A model generated the notes under the pieces. That model had not been told where the DNA came from, did not search any database, and worked only from the letters and a program-made list of their open reading frames with translations. A stretch of DNA of 64,000 nucleotides. Origin: Promethearchaeota archaeon. Lineage in GTDB: Archaea; Asgardarchaeota; Lokiarchaeia; Sigyniarchaeales; SOKP01. The DNA lies in contig JAHPZA010000003.1 in the NCBI GenBank assembly GCA_019058445.1, positions 160,001 through 224,000 on the forward strand, read 5' to 3'. Below, piece after piece: positions 30,720 to 41,700 of this stretch (positions within the stretch are counted from its first letter, which is position 1; every line of letters begins with the position of its first letter). Position numbers and translations under genes: made by a program.

Positions 30720-31946
30720 TTAAGGAAACAACTCTTCTTTATAAAAATTTAAGGATTGAAGCATTTTCTCACTCTCAGGTATTAATTTTATATTTTTAAC
30801 AGCATTACCAGTAAAATAATTAAATACTATTTTATCCTCAAATACATTTAAATTTTTTTTATAATTCCAACAAGGCACGTACCCTCTAGGTCGAAATCCT
30901 TCTTGATAGAAGATTTTTTGATGAACAGGATTATAAGCAGAAACAAAACATTGAAAATAGTTAACATCCATCTTCTTTATTAGGTCCTTCACTTTTTTTA
31001 GAAAAATATTTAATTCCTCTGGTTGATTAACTTTGTATTTAGTTTTTTCAAAATGCTTACTATATGGATTATATGAAAATTTAAAATAAGAATCAGAATT
31101 TTTAATAGATATAATTATATTTTCGTATCCAAAATCTTTATTCTCAAACACAACATCAATTTTTTTTTCGAGTTCAATTAATTTTGACTTGTTAAGGTTA
31201 ATTGTAGGATTTTCAATATGAGGAACTCCCAAATTATATCTTTGATTAGAATAGGTATAGCAGTTTAAAACTTGACGAATGAGCCGAGGGTTTGCTTCAC
31301 ATCGATAATTAGTAAAAACCTCTTCATTATAAGAAGTAATCATAAAATCTGATTCTATCCTATTAAAAAATATATCTTTATTCGGAAAAAAAGCAATTGG
31401 TTTTAAACCACATAACGAAGTCGCAAATTGTGCAGTAGCATCATTTGTACGGACTTCTCCTGACCATACTAAAATTTTGTCTTTATAATAAGTCCAGAAG
31501 TAAATAAGTGAAGCAACAAATGCTTTTAATGAATCAACATTATTCTGATAAGATTTTTTTATTAAAAATCCATAGAGAATTCCTTTTTTGTTTTTAAAAT
31601 CTAGATCTGCTCCAAAACAACCAACAGTCATTTTTAGATTCGCTTTATATATGACCCAAGCGTGATTTTCATCCTTTATCATTCTGCGAACTTCTTCTTC
31701 ATCTTCCATTTTCTTATATGGATATGTTCCATGGTATACATCCCTGAAAAGTGAAGCGATTACCTCTGCATCTTCTGGCTCTGCAATTTGGAGGGTTGTT
31801 CTAATCTTTTTAGAATCACGTCTTTTTTTTAATTGAAAATCAAGTTTAAATAAATGTTGGATGTCAGAGTTTATACTATCTTCATACTGTTCTAAAAAAG
31901 CATTAATTGTAATGACTGATTTCCTGTTTATTTTTAAACTTTGCAT
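30720..31946 (-). CDS. Putative tandem GNAT-fold acyltransferase
   Basis: IAEPEDAEVIASLFRDVY-x-x-TYPY GNAT start; two G(L/F)-x-P-x-(A/G)-(F/Y)-x-P motifs. Confidence 0.65.
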   Translation of the reverse strand: MQSLKINRKSVITINAFLEQYEDSINSDIQHLFKLDFQLKKRRDSKKIRTTLQIAEPEDAEVIASLFRDVYHGTYPYKKMEDEEEVRRMIKDENHAWVIYKANLKMTVGCFGADLDFKNKKGILYGFLIKKSYQNNVDSLKAFVASLIYFWTYYKDKILVWSGEVRTNDATAQFATSLCGLKPIAFFPNKDIFFNRIESDFMITSYNEEVFTNYRCEANPRLIRQVLNCYTYSNQRYNLGVPHIENPTINLNKSKLIELEKKIDVVFENKDFGYENIIISIKNSDSYFKFSYNPYSKHFEKTKYKVNQPEELNIFLKKVKDLIKKMDVNYFQCFVSAYNPVHQKIFYQEGFRPRGYVPCWNYKKNLNVFEDKIVFNYFTGNAVKNIKLIPESEKMLQSLNFYKEELFP

Positions 31947-32371
31947 GAAGAGTCGCCTTATTATTTTATTATTTCAATAGCAATTCTTACTGAATAATGT
32001 TTATTTAAACTCCTATATAAATATATTACTTTTTACACACAAAATATATTGATTTGGATTAGGATATTGACCTATTTGAATATTTTTTTATGATTCAAGT
32101 TTCATGATCTTTTTGAAATGAGAATCTAAAAAGCTTAAGCTAAAAGATTTAATAAAATGATTAAAATTATTAAATTTTTTAATATAAAAAATGCATATTT
32201 TTAGAGAACCTTATTGATTTATATCAAGTGCTAACAATGTTCTAAGAGTATGGATTGATCATCTCATTATTAAATTGAATAAAATTTTAAAATGTGGTAA
32301 AAAAAAATATAAGTATATAAATAAATTCAAATAAGTATTAATTAAGGATTTATAACGGAATTGAGAATATA

Positions 32372-32764
32372 ATGCAAATAAATAAGCTAGAATACGAGAG
32401 AAGAGTGGATGCTGCTACTAAGTACTTAGCCAATGGTAAAAACTTCAAGGCAATAAAATTTCTCAATAAATTGTTAGATAAAGAACCCTCAAATGATGAG
32501 GCCTGGCTGTTATTAGGAATCGCAAAGCGACGAATTGAAGAATTGGATGATGCTATTAAATGTCTAAAAACGGCAACCATAATCAATAGTTCAAAAATAG
32601 AAGCATGGGGATTACTAACCATGTGTCTTATAGATAAGGGAGCCCTTAATGAGGCGGAGTCTGTTATTGAAAAGGCAGGCCGTCTAAATCCATACAATCC
32701 TAAAATCCAATTCTTTCGGGAAAATTTAGTAAGAGTTTATTCTAAGTTTGGTCCGTTTTTCTAA
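32372..32764 (+). CDS. TPR-repeat protein
   Basis: AWLLLG...A...A...P repeats. Confidence 0.85.
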   Translation: MQINKLEYERRVDAATKYLANGKNFKAIKFLNKLLDKEPSNDEAWLLLGIAKRRIEELDDAIKCLKTATIINSSKIEAWGLLTMCLIDKGALNEAESVIEKAGRLNPYNPKIQFFRENLVRVYSKFGPFF

Positions 32765-32847
32765 TTTATTTTTAAATCTTATTTAGCAGATTGAATATAA
32801 GATTGATAGGTTACAGCTTAGAACTTATGGTAATATAGATATAAGAT

Positions 32848-33120
32848 TTACTTGAAAAATTCAGGATATCTCCTCTCGATATTATTCAAAGCAGAGACTA
32901 AAGGAAAAAGCAGTTTTTCGTCGCGATATTCATTTATAGTTTCAGATAATCTGTCTAAAATTTGATTTGCAAGCTTTATATCATCTTTTGTATAATGATG
33001 GGTCTTATTTTTAAAAATTAAATCAAGTTCTTCTTCGAACCATCTCAATTTTTGCTTAAATTCTATCCTAACTTCAGTATCATCTATATTTAGATTCATA
33101 TGTCTCCTCTGAAACCTCAC
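32848..33120 (-). CDS. Hypothetical helical protein (likely start ATG 33099 after GAGGAG)
   Basis: ORF with a clear SD-like motif. Confidence 0.65.
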   Translation of the reverse strand: MRFQRRHMNLNIDDTEVRIEFKQKLRWFEEELDLIFKNKTHHYTKDDIKLANQILDRLSETINEYRDEKLLFPLVSALNNIERRYPEFFK

Positions 33121-33400
33121 ACGACGAAAAGATTGTTAAGAATCTTTTGCGTACTATCATCAATAATAGGGTACGACTATTTAAACCTATAGAAACCGAT
33201 AGTTTTTCTAAAAAGTAATGTGAAAAAAAGGAAATTTATCTGCATTTTTTTTTGAAGAAAAACAATAAAAAATTGAAGAAATGGACTCCTAATATTTTAT
33301 TACATGAAATCAATTTTCTCTTAATAGGACAATTATATAGTTTAAAGATTTATAAGTTGAAATTGTGTGTTGTTGAATTGGGATAAAATTTCAATTTGAA

Positions 33401-33634
33401 TTGGTGGGAGCAATTACTGACGATTTAGACGAGAATTTCGAAGATATTGGAGTGGTTAAAAAATATTTTTCAAGAATCTTTACGGTTTTATCTAAGGAGG
33501 TTCGAGAAAAATTGCTGAATTTAAATCTATCAGAAAAGGTGAAAAAAATCGTAATTAAGGACTTAGCATTTCTCACAGAAGAGAAACAAAAGGAATATTT
33601 AAATGAATTAAAAAAGAAAAAAATGAATCATTAA
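33401..33634 (+). CDS. Small helical protein homologous to the C-terminal tail of 38793..42689
   Basis: Manual ungapped alignment of ~44 aa (see findings); start codon uncertain. Confidence 0.6.
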   Translation: MVGAITDDLDENFEDIGVVKKYFSRIFTVLSKEVREKLLNLNLSEKVKKIVIKDLAFLTEEKQKEYLNELKKKKMNH

Positions 33635-33975
33635 ATCAGAGGTAAAAGTGATTAAATAATCAGGCACGCTATAATTAAATTTTTCCATAATCGGTTCTAA
33701 TTGTGTAATGAGATATTGTTGCCTATGCTCATCTTAGATAATATCTCTCCAACTATATTCTTTTTCATTTTTCACTTTTGATTTATATAATATTTCCACC
33801 ATTTTTAATTCACATTTTAATTAGATTCAATCTTATTAAATAAAAATGTCAAATATTTATTTCATTATTAAGCTTTTTTGATTACAAAATAATTTTGAAA
33901 AAAGTAATTAATTTAAACCTTTTTTATCATTTATTGGAGTTTTAAATAAAAATAATAGCTTAGATTAAGAAAAGA

Positions 33976-34680
33976 ATGCCAGAAAAGCTTAACAGACAGA
34001 CTCTTTTCGAATGGCTTGAATTAGGTAGTAAGTATTTTAAAGCGAAAAATTTTCAAAAAGCAATAGATGTTTATAAAAAGGTGGTAGAGCTTGATCCAGA
34101 AAATAGCGTAGCTTGGAGCAATATGGGTGTTGCATATGAAAATCTCAAGAATTATGAAAAAGAAGTCGTGTGCTGTTTAAAAGCAATTGAAGCCGATTCC
34201 CAAGACAGTTGGGCTTGGTATAATTTAGGTGTAGGTTATGGTAAACTTGGGAAATATCTAAAAGCTATTGAATCCTATGAAAGAGCAGTAAATATTGATC
34301 CCCGTGATATAGCATCCTTTTTTAATATGGGATTAATGTACACCAAAATTGGTAATTATATGAAAGCAATCGAATCTTGGGAAAGAATACTGGAGATTAA
34401 TCCAAGAGATACTAAAATCTTATTCAATATAGCTCTCGCTTACACTAAACTGGCTAAAGATAAAAAAGCAATTGAAGTTTATGAAAAAATTATTGACATT
34501 GACCCAGAAAATGTTAATTCAAGAATTAGAATTGGAATTTCTTATTTAAATTTAGAAAATATAAAACGTGCTATTGAAAATTTTAAGCTTGTCATAAAAA
34601 TTGATCCGAAAAATCAAGTAGCTTTAGACTATTTAAAAAGAATTAAACAAGATTATAAATCAGGCAGTTTAGATATTTAA
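33976..34680 (+). CDS. TPR-repeat protein (about 6 repeats)
   Basis: Regular 34-aa repeats AWxNxG...AI...Y...IDP. Confidence 0.93.
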   Translation: MPEKLNRQTLFEWLELGSKYFKAKNFQKAIDVYKKVVELDPENSVAWSNMGVAYENLKNYEKEVVCCLKAIEADSQDSWAWYNLGVGYGKLGKYLKAIESYERAVNIDPRDIASFFNMGLMYTKIGNYMKAIESWERILEINPRDTKILFNIALAYTKLAKDKKAIEVYEKIIDIDPENVNSRIRIGISYLNLENIKRAIENFKLVIKIDPKNQVALDYLKRIKQDYKSGSLDI

Positions 34681-34904
34681 AAGTAATTATTTATTCTAAT
34701 AGATTTATATAATTGGATTTAAGAATTTAATTTAAAATCCTTTTATTATAAAAATATTGAATATCTCTAAATTTTGGAATAATAGAATAAAATTCTTAAT
34801 ATTTAAATAATTATGCTACTATTTTCTCTTTTTCACATGAAAATTGGCAATTAAATTTAAATATATTATCTATTGTTATATATAAAAGGGTATGGGGTTT
34901 TTTT

Positions 34905-35438
34905 ATGGAAAGTGCGATTTTTAAGATATGTGTCTTTGGCGACGGAGGAGTCGGAAAAACAACATTGGTCAATAGATATCTTTCTGGTCTCTTTTCAGAA
35001 AGCACAAAAATGACCATTGGTGTCGATCTTGCCACAAAACATTTTATTTGGGAAGGTATAGATATCACACTTCAATTATGGGATTTAGGAGGGGAGGAAC
35101 GATTCAGGTTTTTTCTACCGGGTTACGCAAAAGGTTCTTTTGGTGGAATTTTCATATATGATATTACACGATGGAATAGTTTAATGAATTTAGATGAATG
35201 GTTAAACGTTTTCAAAAAAGGAGCTGAAACCGAAAGTTATGGTGTTCCAATCCTCATGGTTGGCTCAAAATTAGATCTCGAGCACAAAAGAAGTGTCAGT
35301 CCTGAAGATGCTTTTAATAAAAGTCAAAACCACGAGATTTATGATGTTATTGAATGCTCATCAAAGACAGGTTATAACGTTGATGAAATATTCGCAAATA
35401 TTACTGAAGAAATATTGTATTCTACAGGATTAATTTAA
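34905..35438 (+). CDS. Rab-like small GTPase
   Basis: G1 GDGGVGKTT, G2 TIGVD, G3 WDLGG, G4 SKLD, G5 CSSK; no CAAX. Confidence 0.95.
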   Translation: MESAIFKICVFGDGGVGKTTLVNRYLSGLFSESTKMTIGVDLATKHFIWEGIDITLQLWDLGGEERFRFFLPGYAKGSFGGIFIYDITRWNSLMNLDEWLNVFKKGAETESYGVPILMVGSKLDLEHKRSVSPEDAFNKSQNHEIYDVIECSSKTGYNVDEIFANITEEILYSTGLI

Positions 35439-35449
35439 TTACTTCTTTT

Positions 35450-35959
35450 TTAAAATCTCTCATCAAAAGTCCAACCACAATTAGGGCAATGTTTTTTTGA
35501 GCTGTTCAATTTTACATATTGTTTTAATAAATCTTCGAGATTCTCATTAATATTTGTAAACATAATATCTTCGATGGAGATTAGTTTTAATTTTCCTTTT
35601 TTATATAATCTAATCTTTTCTTCTTTTCTCTTCATATAATCCTTTCCATAAAAGCCCCAATATTCAATATAAACCTCAAATTCAGGCAGATACCAATCAG
35701 ATAGGATTGGTTTTCCATGAACTTTTATTTTTCTTTCATATTCATGAGTAATATTGTGAGCATAGAGAAAATTATCAATAATTAACTCTGCTTTTGATCT
35801 TACAATATGTCCATCGATACATTTGAAACTTGTGGCCGTTTCGGGAAGATATTTTCTGTCTAAGTATCTTCTGAGCTTTTTAATAATATATGAAAGTATT
35901 ATAAAAATTGTTATGAAAAACACTCCACCCACTAAAATATAGATTAGAGTTCCATTCAT
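35450..35959 (-). CDS. Membrane-anchored PD-(D/E)XK-like domain protein with C-terminal zinc knuckle
   Basis: N-terminal TM; DGHIVRSKAELIIDNFL...YE...SDWYLP...YIEYWG; CPNCG. Confidence 0.65.
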   Translation of the reverse strand: MNGTLIYILVGGVFFITIFIILSYIIKKLRRYLDRKYLPETATSFKCIDGHIVRSKAELIIDNFLYAHNITHEYERKIKVHGKPILSDWYLPEFEVYIEYWGFYGKDYMKRKEEKIRLYKKGKLKLISIEDIMFTNINENLEDLLKQYVKLNSSKKHCPNCGWTFDERF

Positions 35960-36176
35960 AATTACTTTAAAATCGCCTTTTATAATAAAGAATAAACATC
36001 CATTCTATTATGAAATTAATAAAAGTTGGATTATAAAATATTAAGGGGGCATTGAATTAAAGTGAATTAGTAATCCATAATTTAGGAAAATAATTTACTT
36101 TTTGAAGAAAAAAAGGTGAATTTAAAGCGACATTTTTAATTATTAGACTTAAAACAGTTTCAATTAATCACGTTCA

Positions 36177-37112
36177 TTACTTCAATAAATTCCGTTTTAT
36201 ATCTTTAATCCTCGACCTAAGTGTGACTTCCGTTATTTTAGCAATTTCGGATATTTCAGCTTGGGTTTTTCGTTCACCCATTCTTTTAGCAGTTATATAT
36301 ATCACAGAAGCCGCGAATCCCCGAGGATCTTTACCTGTACGCATTAGTCCATTTTTAGTTGCTTCTTGAAGCATATTCATTGCTTTCTTTTGAGATTCCA
36401 TTGATAGTCCGAGATCAACTCCAAATCGAAAGATTAACTGCTCTGCCGTTATTGGCCGATATTTTAAACCCAATTCAGGAAGTACTTCTTTAACAATCAA
36501 TCCCAGTGAATGATGCACAACACGCCTTGGACTCATCGAAGCATTACAAACCTCATCAAGCAATCGAGGAGATTCATGTATTCGTATAGCCGCATATAAT
36601 GATGCCGTAATAAAACCCTCTATGGATCGGCCCATAGTAAGTTTTTTCTGAGCAGCATAAGAGTATATTTTCCAGGCAGTCTCCTCGATATAACTTGGGA
36701 TATTCATTTTCGAAGCAAGCAGCTTTAATTTCGGCTTAGCTTCCCAAAAGTTCCTTTCTATGCTTGAAACTAACGAATTTTGAATTTTTGATAATCGTGA
36801 AAAGAGATGTTTTCCTTTAGAATCGATTAAATTCCCCTTAGAATCTGTTTTGGTGTTTGGAAGTATAGTTCTAGGACCAAAATCTCTCCATCTGATTTCC
36901 GTTCTTTTTCTCTGATCGATTTCCTCAGCAGTATATGCTCGTAATTCAGCTTCAATGATGTCATTTCCTAAAACTAATCCACAATTTGTACATACAATTT
37001 CTCCCTCATTTGATGTTATATTTGGAGAATCACAACATTGTTCATTATCTTGATTTTCATATATCTCATTATTATCGATTCTAATCCGATTCTTATATTT
37101 TTTATTCATCAT
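36177..37112 (-). CDS. tfb: Transcription initiation factor IIB paralog
   Basis: Zn ribbon (CC...VCTNCG), E-x-R-AY B-reader, cyclin repeats GRSIE / GKDP, TEVTLR. Confidence 0.93.
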   Translation of the reverse strand: MMNKKYKNRIRIDNNEIYENQDNEQCCDSPNITSNEGEIVCTNCGLVLGNDIIEAELRAYTAEEIDQRKRTEIRWRDFGPRTILPNTKTDSKGNLIDSKGKHLFSRLSKIQNSLVSSIERNFWEAKPKLKLLASKMNIPSYIEETAWKIYSYAAQKKLTMGRSIEGFITASLYAAIRIHESPRLLDEVCNASMSPRRVVHHSLGLIVKEVLPELGLKYRPITAEQLIFRFGVDLGLSMESQKKAMNMLQEATKNGLMRTGKDPRGFAASVIYITAKRMGERKTQAEISEIAKITEVTLRSRIKDIKRNLLK

Positions 37113-37521
37113 ATCATATACCTACTGTTTCTCTTTTTATTAATAATTACAAATTTAATTTTACAAAAATCCAAAAACTAATCCGTTATTGAAAAAGAGA
37201 TTGAATTCATTTCTTTTTGATTGCTCAATCCAATTCAGTCAAAGATAATTGTCCTATGTCATGCTATATTTTGGATTAGTGCAAAAATTCTAGAGATATA
37301 AGAAAATACACCTATATATTTTTATCGATTTTCTACAGTTTCTGAAATAAAATTTACATTTTCCATATTAGTACTTTTGAAGCTTTTAAATATGACTGCA
37401 AAAAGGCTTCCTATAATTTCGTTCCAATCTGTTTTATTAATGATTTGTAAATATTAATAAATAAAATAGTAAAAGGTAAGCATCACATTTCTAAAGGGAT
37501 TTTCTAAAAATATCCAATAAT

Positions 37522-38223
37522 TTGATATCTTATTTAATAGGAGCGCTTAACTTGAGTAAAAATATTTTAAATAAAGACGAGCAGGAGATTTTTGGAATTA
37601 TAAAGGAATATTTACAAAAGAAACCAATTGTTAAAATCATAGAGCTCGTAGCTTTTATAGACAACCGACTTAGATTTAATCCTAATTATACTAAATATAA
37701 AATTGAGATAATTGTTAAATCCCTAATTAAGAAGAAAATAATCTTAGTTGGAACTAAACTTACGAAACACGATATTCTCCGTATTCAAATAAGAAAAGAT
37801 ATCTATAATTACATTCTAAAAAAACCCGGAATTAATATAAATGAAATCAAAAATGAATTCAACTTAGGAAGCAATCAAGTCTTATGGCATTTAAGAGCTT
37901 TAAATGATTTTGAATTTATTCGAATGGTTAAAATCGGAAATCAAAAGGCCCTCTTTGGTTTTAACTTCGATAAAACTCACACTAACGCCGTATTCCATCT
38001 GAGAAACGAAAAAATACAGGAAATCATTAAATTATTAATAACGAGTAATGTACCTGTAAAACCCACCAAAATATCAAAAAAACTAAATATCCACTACAAT
38101 ACTGTTAAAAAATACCTGATTATCCTTTTGAAATTTGATTTAATCTCAAAAGTAAACGGAAATAAAAAGAAGGGATATAATTTAAATAAAACAGTCTATT
38201 CAAACTTAGAGAAATTTATATAA
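37522..38223 (+). CDS. Multi winged-helix transcriptional regulator (likely start TTG 37552)
   Basis: RKDIYNYI-x-x-x-PG...WHL and C-terminal HTH (PTKISKKLNIHYNTVKKYL); AGGAG upstream of 37552. Confidence 0.8.
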   Translation: MISYLIGALNLSKNILNKDEQEIFGIIKEYLQKKPIVKIIELVAFIDNRLRFNPNYTKYKIEIIVKSLIKKKIILVGTKLTKHDILRIQIRKDIYNYILKKPGININEIKNEFNLGSNQVLWHLRALNDFEFIRMVKIGNQKALFGFNFDKTHTNAVFHLRNEKIQEIIKLLITSNVPVKPTKISKKLNIHYNTVKKYLIILLKFDLISKVNGNKKKGYNLNKTVYSNLEKFI

Positions 38224-38292
38224 ATAAGATTAGAAGTTTTCTAAACGAAATTCCAGGACCAAAAAGTAAATAAAAATTTCAAGGTTAGTCCA

Positions 38293-38790
38293 ATGGGTTT
38301 TATAAATTCTTGCTTGTGTGATTCTAGCAAACGAATACTCTTTGTGAAAAATTTAATGATAACAATGTATACTGAATTAGAAGATGAAATTTCTAAACGT
38401 GTAAAACAATTATTGATAAGACAGTCTAATCTAACGATAAAACAAATAATTAAAAAAATCAATAAAGATATCGGTAAAATTTTTTACGTAAATAAAGCAA
38501 ATATAGAACACATCATTAAATCCATGATAAATGATAAAGAGATTTTTATTACAACTGAACAGTCCGAGGATTCTTTTCTAAATATCGTAGATAGAAAATC
38601 CATCTATTATTGCGTTGATAATAATCCTGGTAAAACTATTGAAGAACTATGTATATTGCTAAATCTTACTAAAAGCCAAATGATATGGCATCTTACGTTT
38701 CTAAAAAAGATTCACTATATATATAGTGCAAAAAAAAACAAGCAAATCGTTTATTATTCGAATAATCATCATTTAAAGGGGGCAAATTAA
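38293..38790 (+). CDS. Winged-helix protein, shorter paralog of 37522..38223 (likely start ~38356-38365)
   Basis: RKSIYYCV-x-x-NPG...WHL; ends 2 bp before the next gene. Confidence 0.72.
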   Translation: MGFINSCLCDSSKRILFVKNLMITMYTELEDEISKRVKQLLIRQSNLTIKQIIKKINKDIGKIFYVNKANIEHIIKSMINDKEIFITTEQSEDSFLNIVDRKSIYYCVDNNPGKTIEELCILLNLTKSQMIWHLTFLKKIHYIYSAKKNKQIVYYSNNHHLKGAN

Positions 38791-38792
38791 AA

Positions 38793-41700
38793 ATGCATAA
38801 GAAAAAATTAGAAATCATATTTATGTTGCTCATCTTCTTGGTTTTAATTACAGCAGTAGTTAAAAAGGATACTTCAGATGAGAGTAAAAATAAATCCTTT
38901 GATTCTGAATATAATTCTAATCCTATGCCTTCTGATAATTGGATTCTTACAAGTCCTATATTCGTTAATGATACTGATCCTTCTAATAACTGGGCAACAA
39001 TTAATTCCACTTACGCTTGGTGTAACGGGGCTGGTACGTGGAATAATCCTTATGTAATAGAAAATGTAACGATTGATAGTCAGAACAGTGGAAGTGCAAT
39101 TACTATTTTAAATTCAGATATACCTTTCCAAATTAGAAATTGTACAATTCGCAATACTGGAACTTTGTCTGAAGATGCTGGAATTAAATTAATTAATGTT
39201 AATAATAGTAAGTTATCAGGAAATATTTTCTTAGATATTGATAAAATCGGAATTTATCTTAAATTGTATTGCAAAAATAATACAATAAAAGATAATTATA
39301 TATTTGAAGATCTTACCTATTCAGTCAACAAAATACAATATGGCATCTACTTATATGATCAATGTAGCGGAAATATCATAAAGGAGAATTACTTACACGG
39401 GGTTAATATATTTGGTTCCTCTGATAGAGGTGGAGTTCATTTAGAGGATGAATGTAATTCTAATACTATTGAGAATAATTGGATTAACCGGAGCGATCAG
39501 GGGATATACCTCATTAATAAATGCGATGACAATACTCTTTTCAATAATACAATCATTAACAATGATGAAAATGGAATAATTTTTGAAAATGATTGTGATG
39601 CAAATAAATTATTAAATAATACAGTTTCTAATAATGATCACCATGGAATATACGGATATGATGGTAGCGATGATAACATTATTGCGAATAATATTGTTAA
39701 TGATAACAGGTATAATGGAATATATATCGTAACTGGCTGTGAAAATAACACTATTGTGAATAATATAGTCAACCAGAATGAGGTGGGTATAAAAATCGAG
39801 TCTGCTATTAGCTTCTGCCAATATTTCACAATCATAGGAAACTTCATAAATAACAGCGCTGAATATGGAATTTATATACAGTCTGTTACAGACGTAGATT
39901 TATGGGAAAATGAACTTTATGGATGTGGCTTTCTGATACAATCAACAAATGTACTGCATCATGAATCTATTTCATTATCAACAAATAATACTGTAAATGG
40001 AAAACCAGTTTATTATTGTGTAGAAAAATCAGGGTTGGATTCCACTGATTTTCCTAATGCCGGACAAATAATTCTAATAGATTGCAATCATACTAGGATA
40101 GAGAATTTTGAGTTTTTTGACTGCTCAATAGGAATATACGACTATAGCACCTTTTATCCATTTCCTAGACCACTTTCCTATAATCATACTTTCTCAAATA
40201 TAACATCTCGAGGAAACATGATAGGAATATATTCACATAGATGTCATAATTTGACTATGTCGGATATAACTGCAAAAAGAAATGAAATTGGTATAAAACT
40301 ATCAGATTGTATAGATTCTAACATTAATAATAATACTTTAAATGAAAATGTTCACTATGGTTTACAATTGTATGATTGTAATAACACTATCATAATGAAT
40401 AATTATATTCAATTTACTATGGGAACTGTTTTTGATTATGGTTTATCTAGTTCAGGTGGATATTCTAATAAGATTATAAATAACACTATAACTCATAATG
40501 CTATTAATGGGATCTCGTTAAATGGTGGGAAGAATCACTATATTTCTGGAAACAATATTTCTCATAATAATAAAACAGGGATAAATTTCTGGTCTAGCAA
40601 TTGTGATTACCATACTATCATAAATAATACAATATCCTATAATAAGGAGCATGGAATTTACCTCGAGACAAATTGTAATTATAATCTCATAACAAATAAT
40701 ACTATTTATAACAATACTGAAAATGGGATTTATCTGTGGGATGACTGTGATAGTAATAATATAACACTAAACCGTATCTACGATAATTGTGATAATGGGA
40801 TTTTTATTGAGTATAATTGTGATAATAATAATTTAATCTTAAATCAAATCCATAACAATAGTGGCAATGGGATCTATATTACATCCACTAGTATTAATAA
40901 CTACGTATTTAACAATACAATCGAGATTAATCTTCAAAACGGGATTTATATAAAAAATGCCAATGATAACAATATTACAAGGAATTATATTAACGACAAT
41001 AAACAATATGGAATTAATATTGATACGAGTACAACTATATCCCTTTCCCAAAATTACCTTAACTTATGTGGATTATATATTACAGGGTTTTCTTCACAAC
41101 ACTATGACTCCCACCAAATTCAAGCATCCAATATGGTTAACGATAAAAAGTTATGTTTTTATACTAATCAAAATGGATTAGTCATTAATGTTGCTACTAA
41201 TCCCGGTCAAGTTATTCTAATTAATTGTTCTGATTCAATTATCTCAAATGCAAATGTCTCAAACGGTTCAATTGGAATTATGTTATACCTTTGTGAAAAT
41301 ATCTCAATAATGGAAACAAATAGTTCATATAATAAAATAAATGGAGTGTATGTAAAAGATTCAGAGAATTGTACATTAGCGGGTAATATTATTAATTATA
41401 ATGGGCTAGAGGGAATTTATGTGGATTGGAGCTGTAAATATATAAATTTCACCGGAAATTACATAAGGCATAATTCAGAAGACGGAATTCATCTGGAAGC
41501 TCCATATTGTATAATTGATCTCAATCAAATTACTAATAACGGTGATAATGGAATTTACATTTTTGACGCAGCAAATATAAACATTACTAGAAATACAATT
41601 GAAAATAATGTTAACGACGGAATCTATACGATCAGTTGGTGCGATTATCTTATAATTTCAAATAACTCATTGTCATATAATATTGGAAATGGATTCAGTT

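Noticed and set aside
33640-33805. Minus-strand short reading frame interrupted by TAA (MVEILYK...*DEHRQQY...)
   Set aside because: Too short, no recognisable motif; cannot be distinguished from AT-rich noise.
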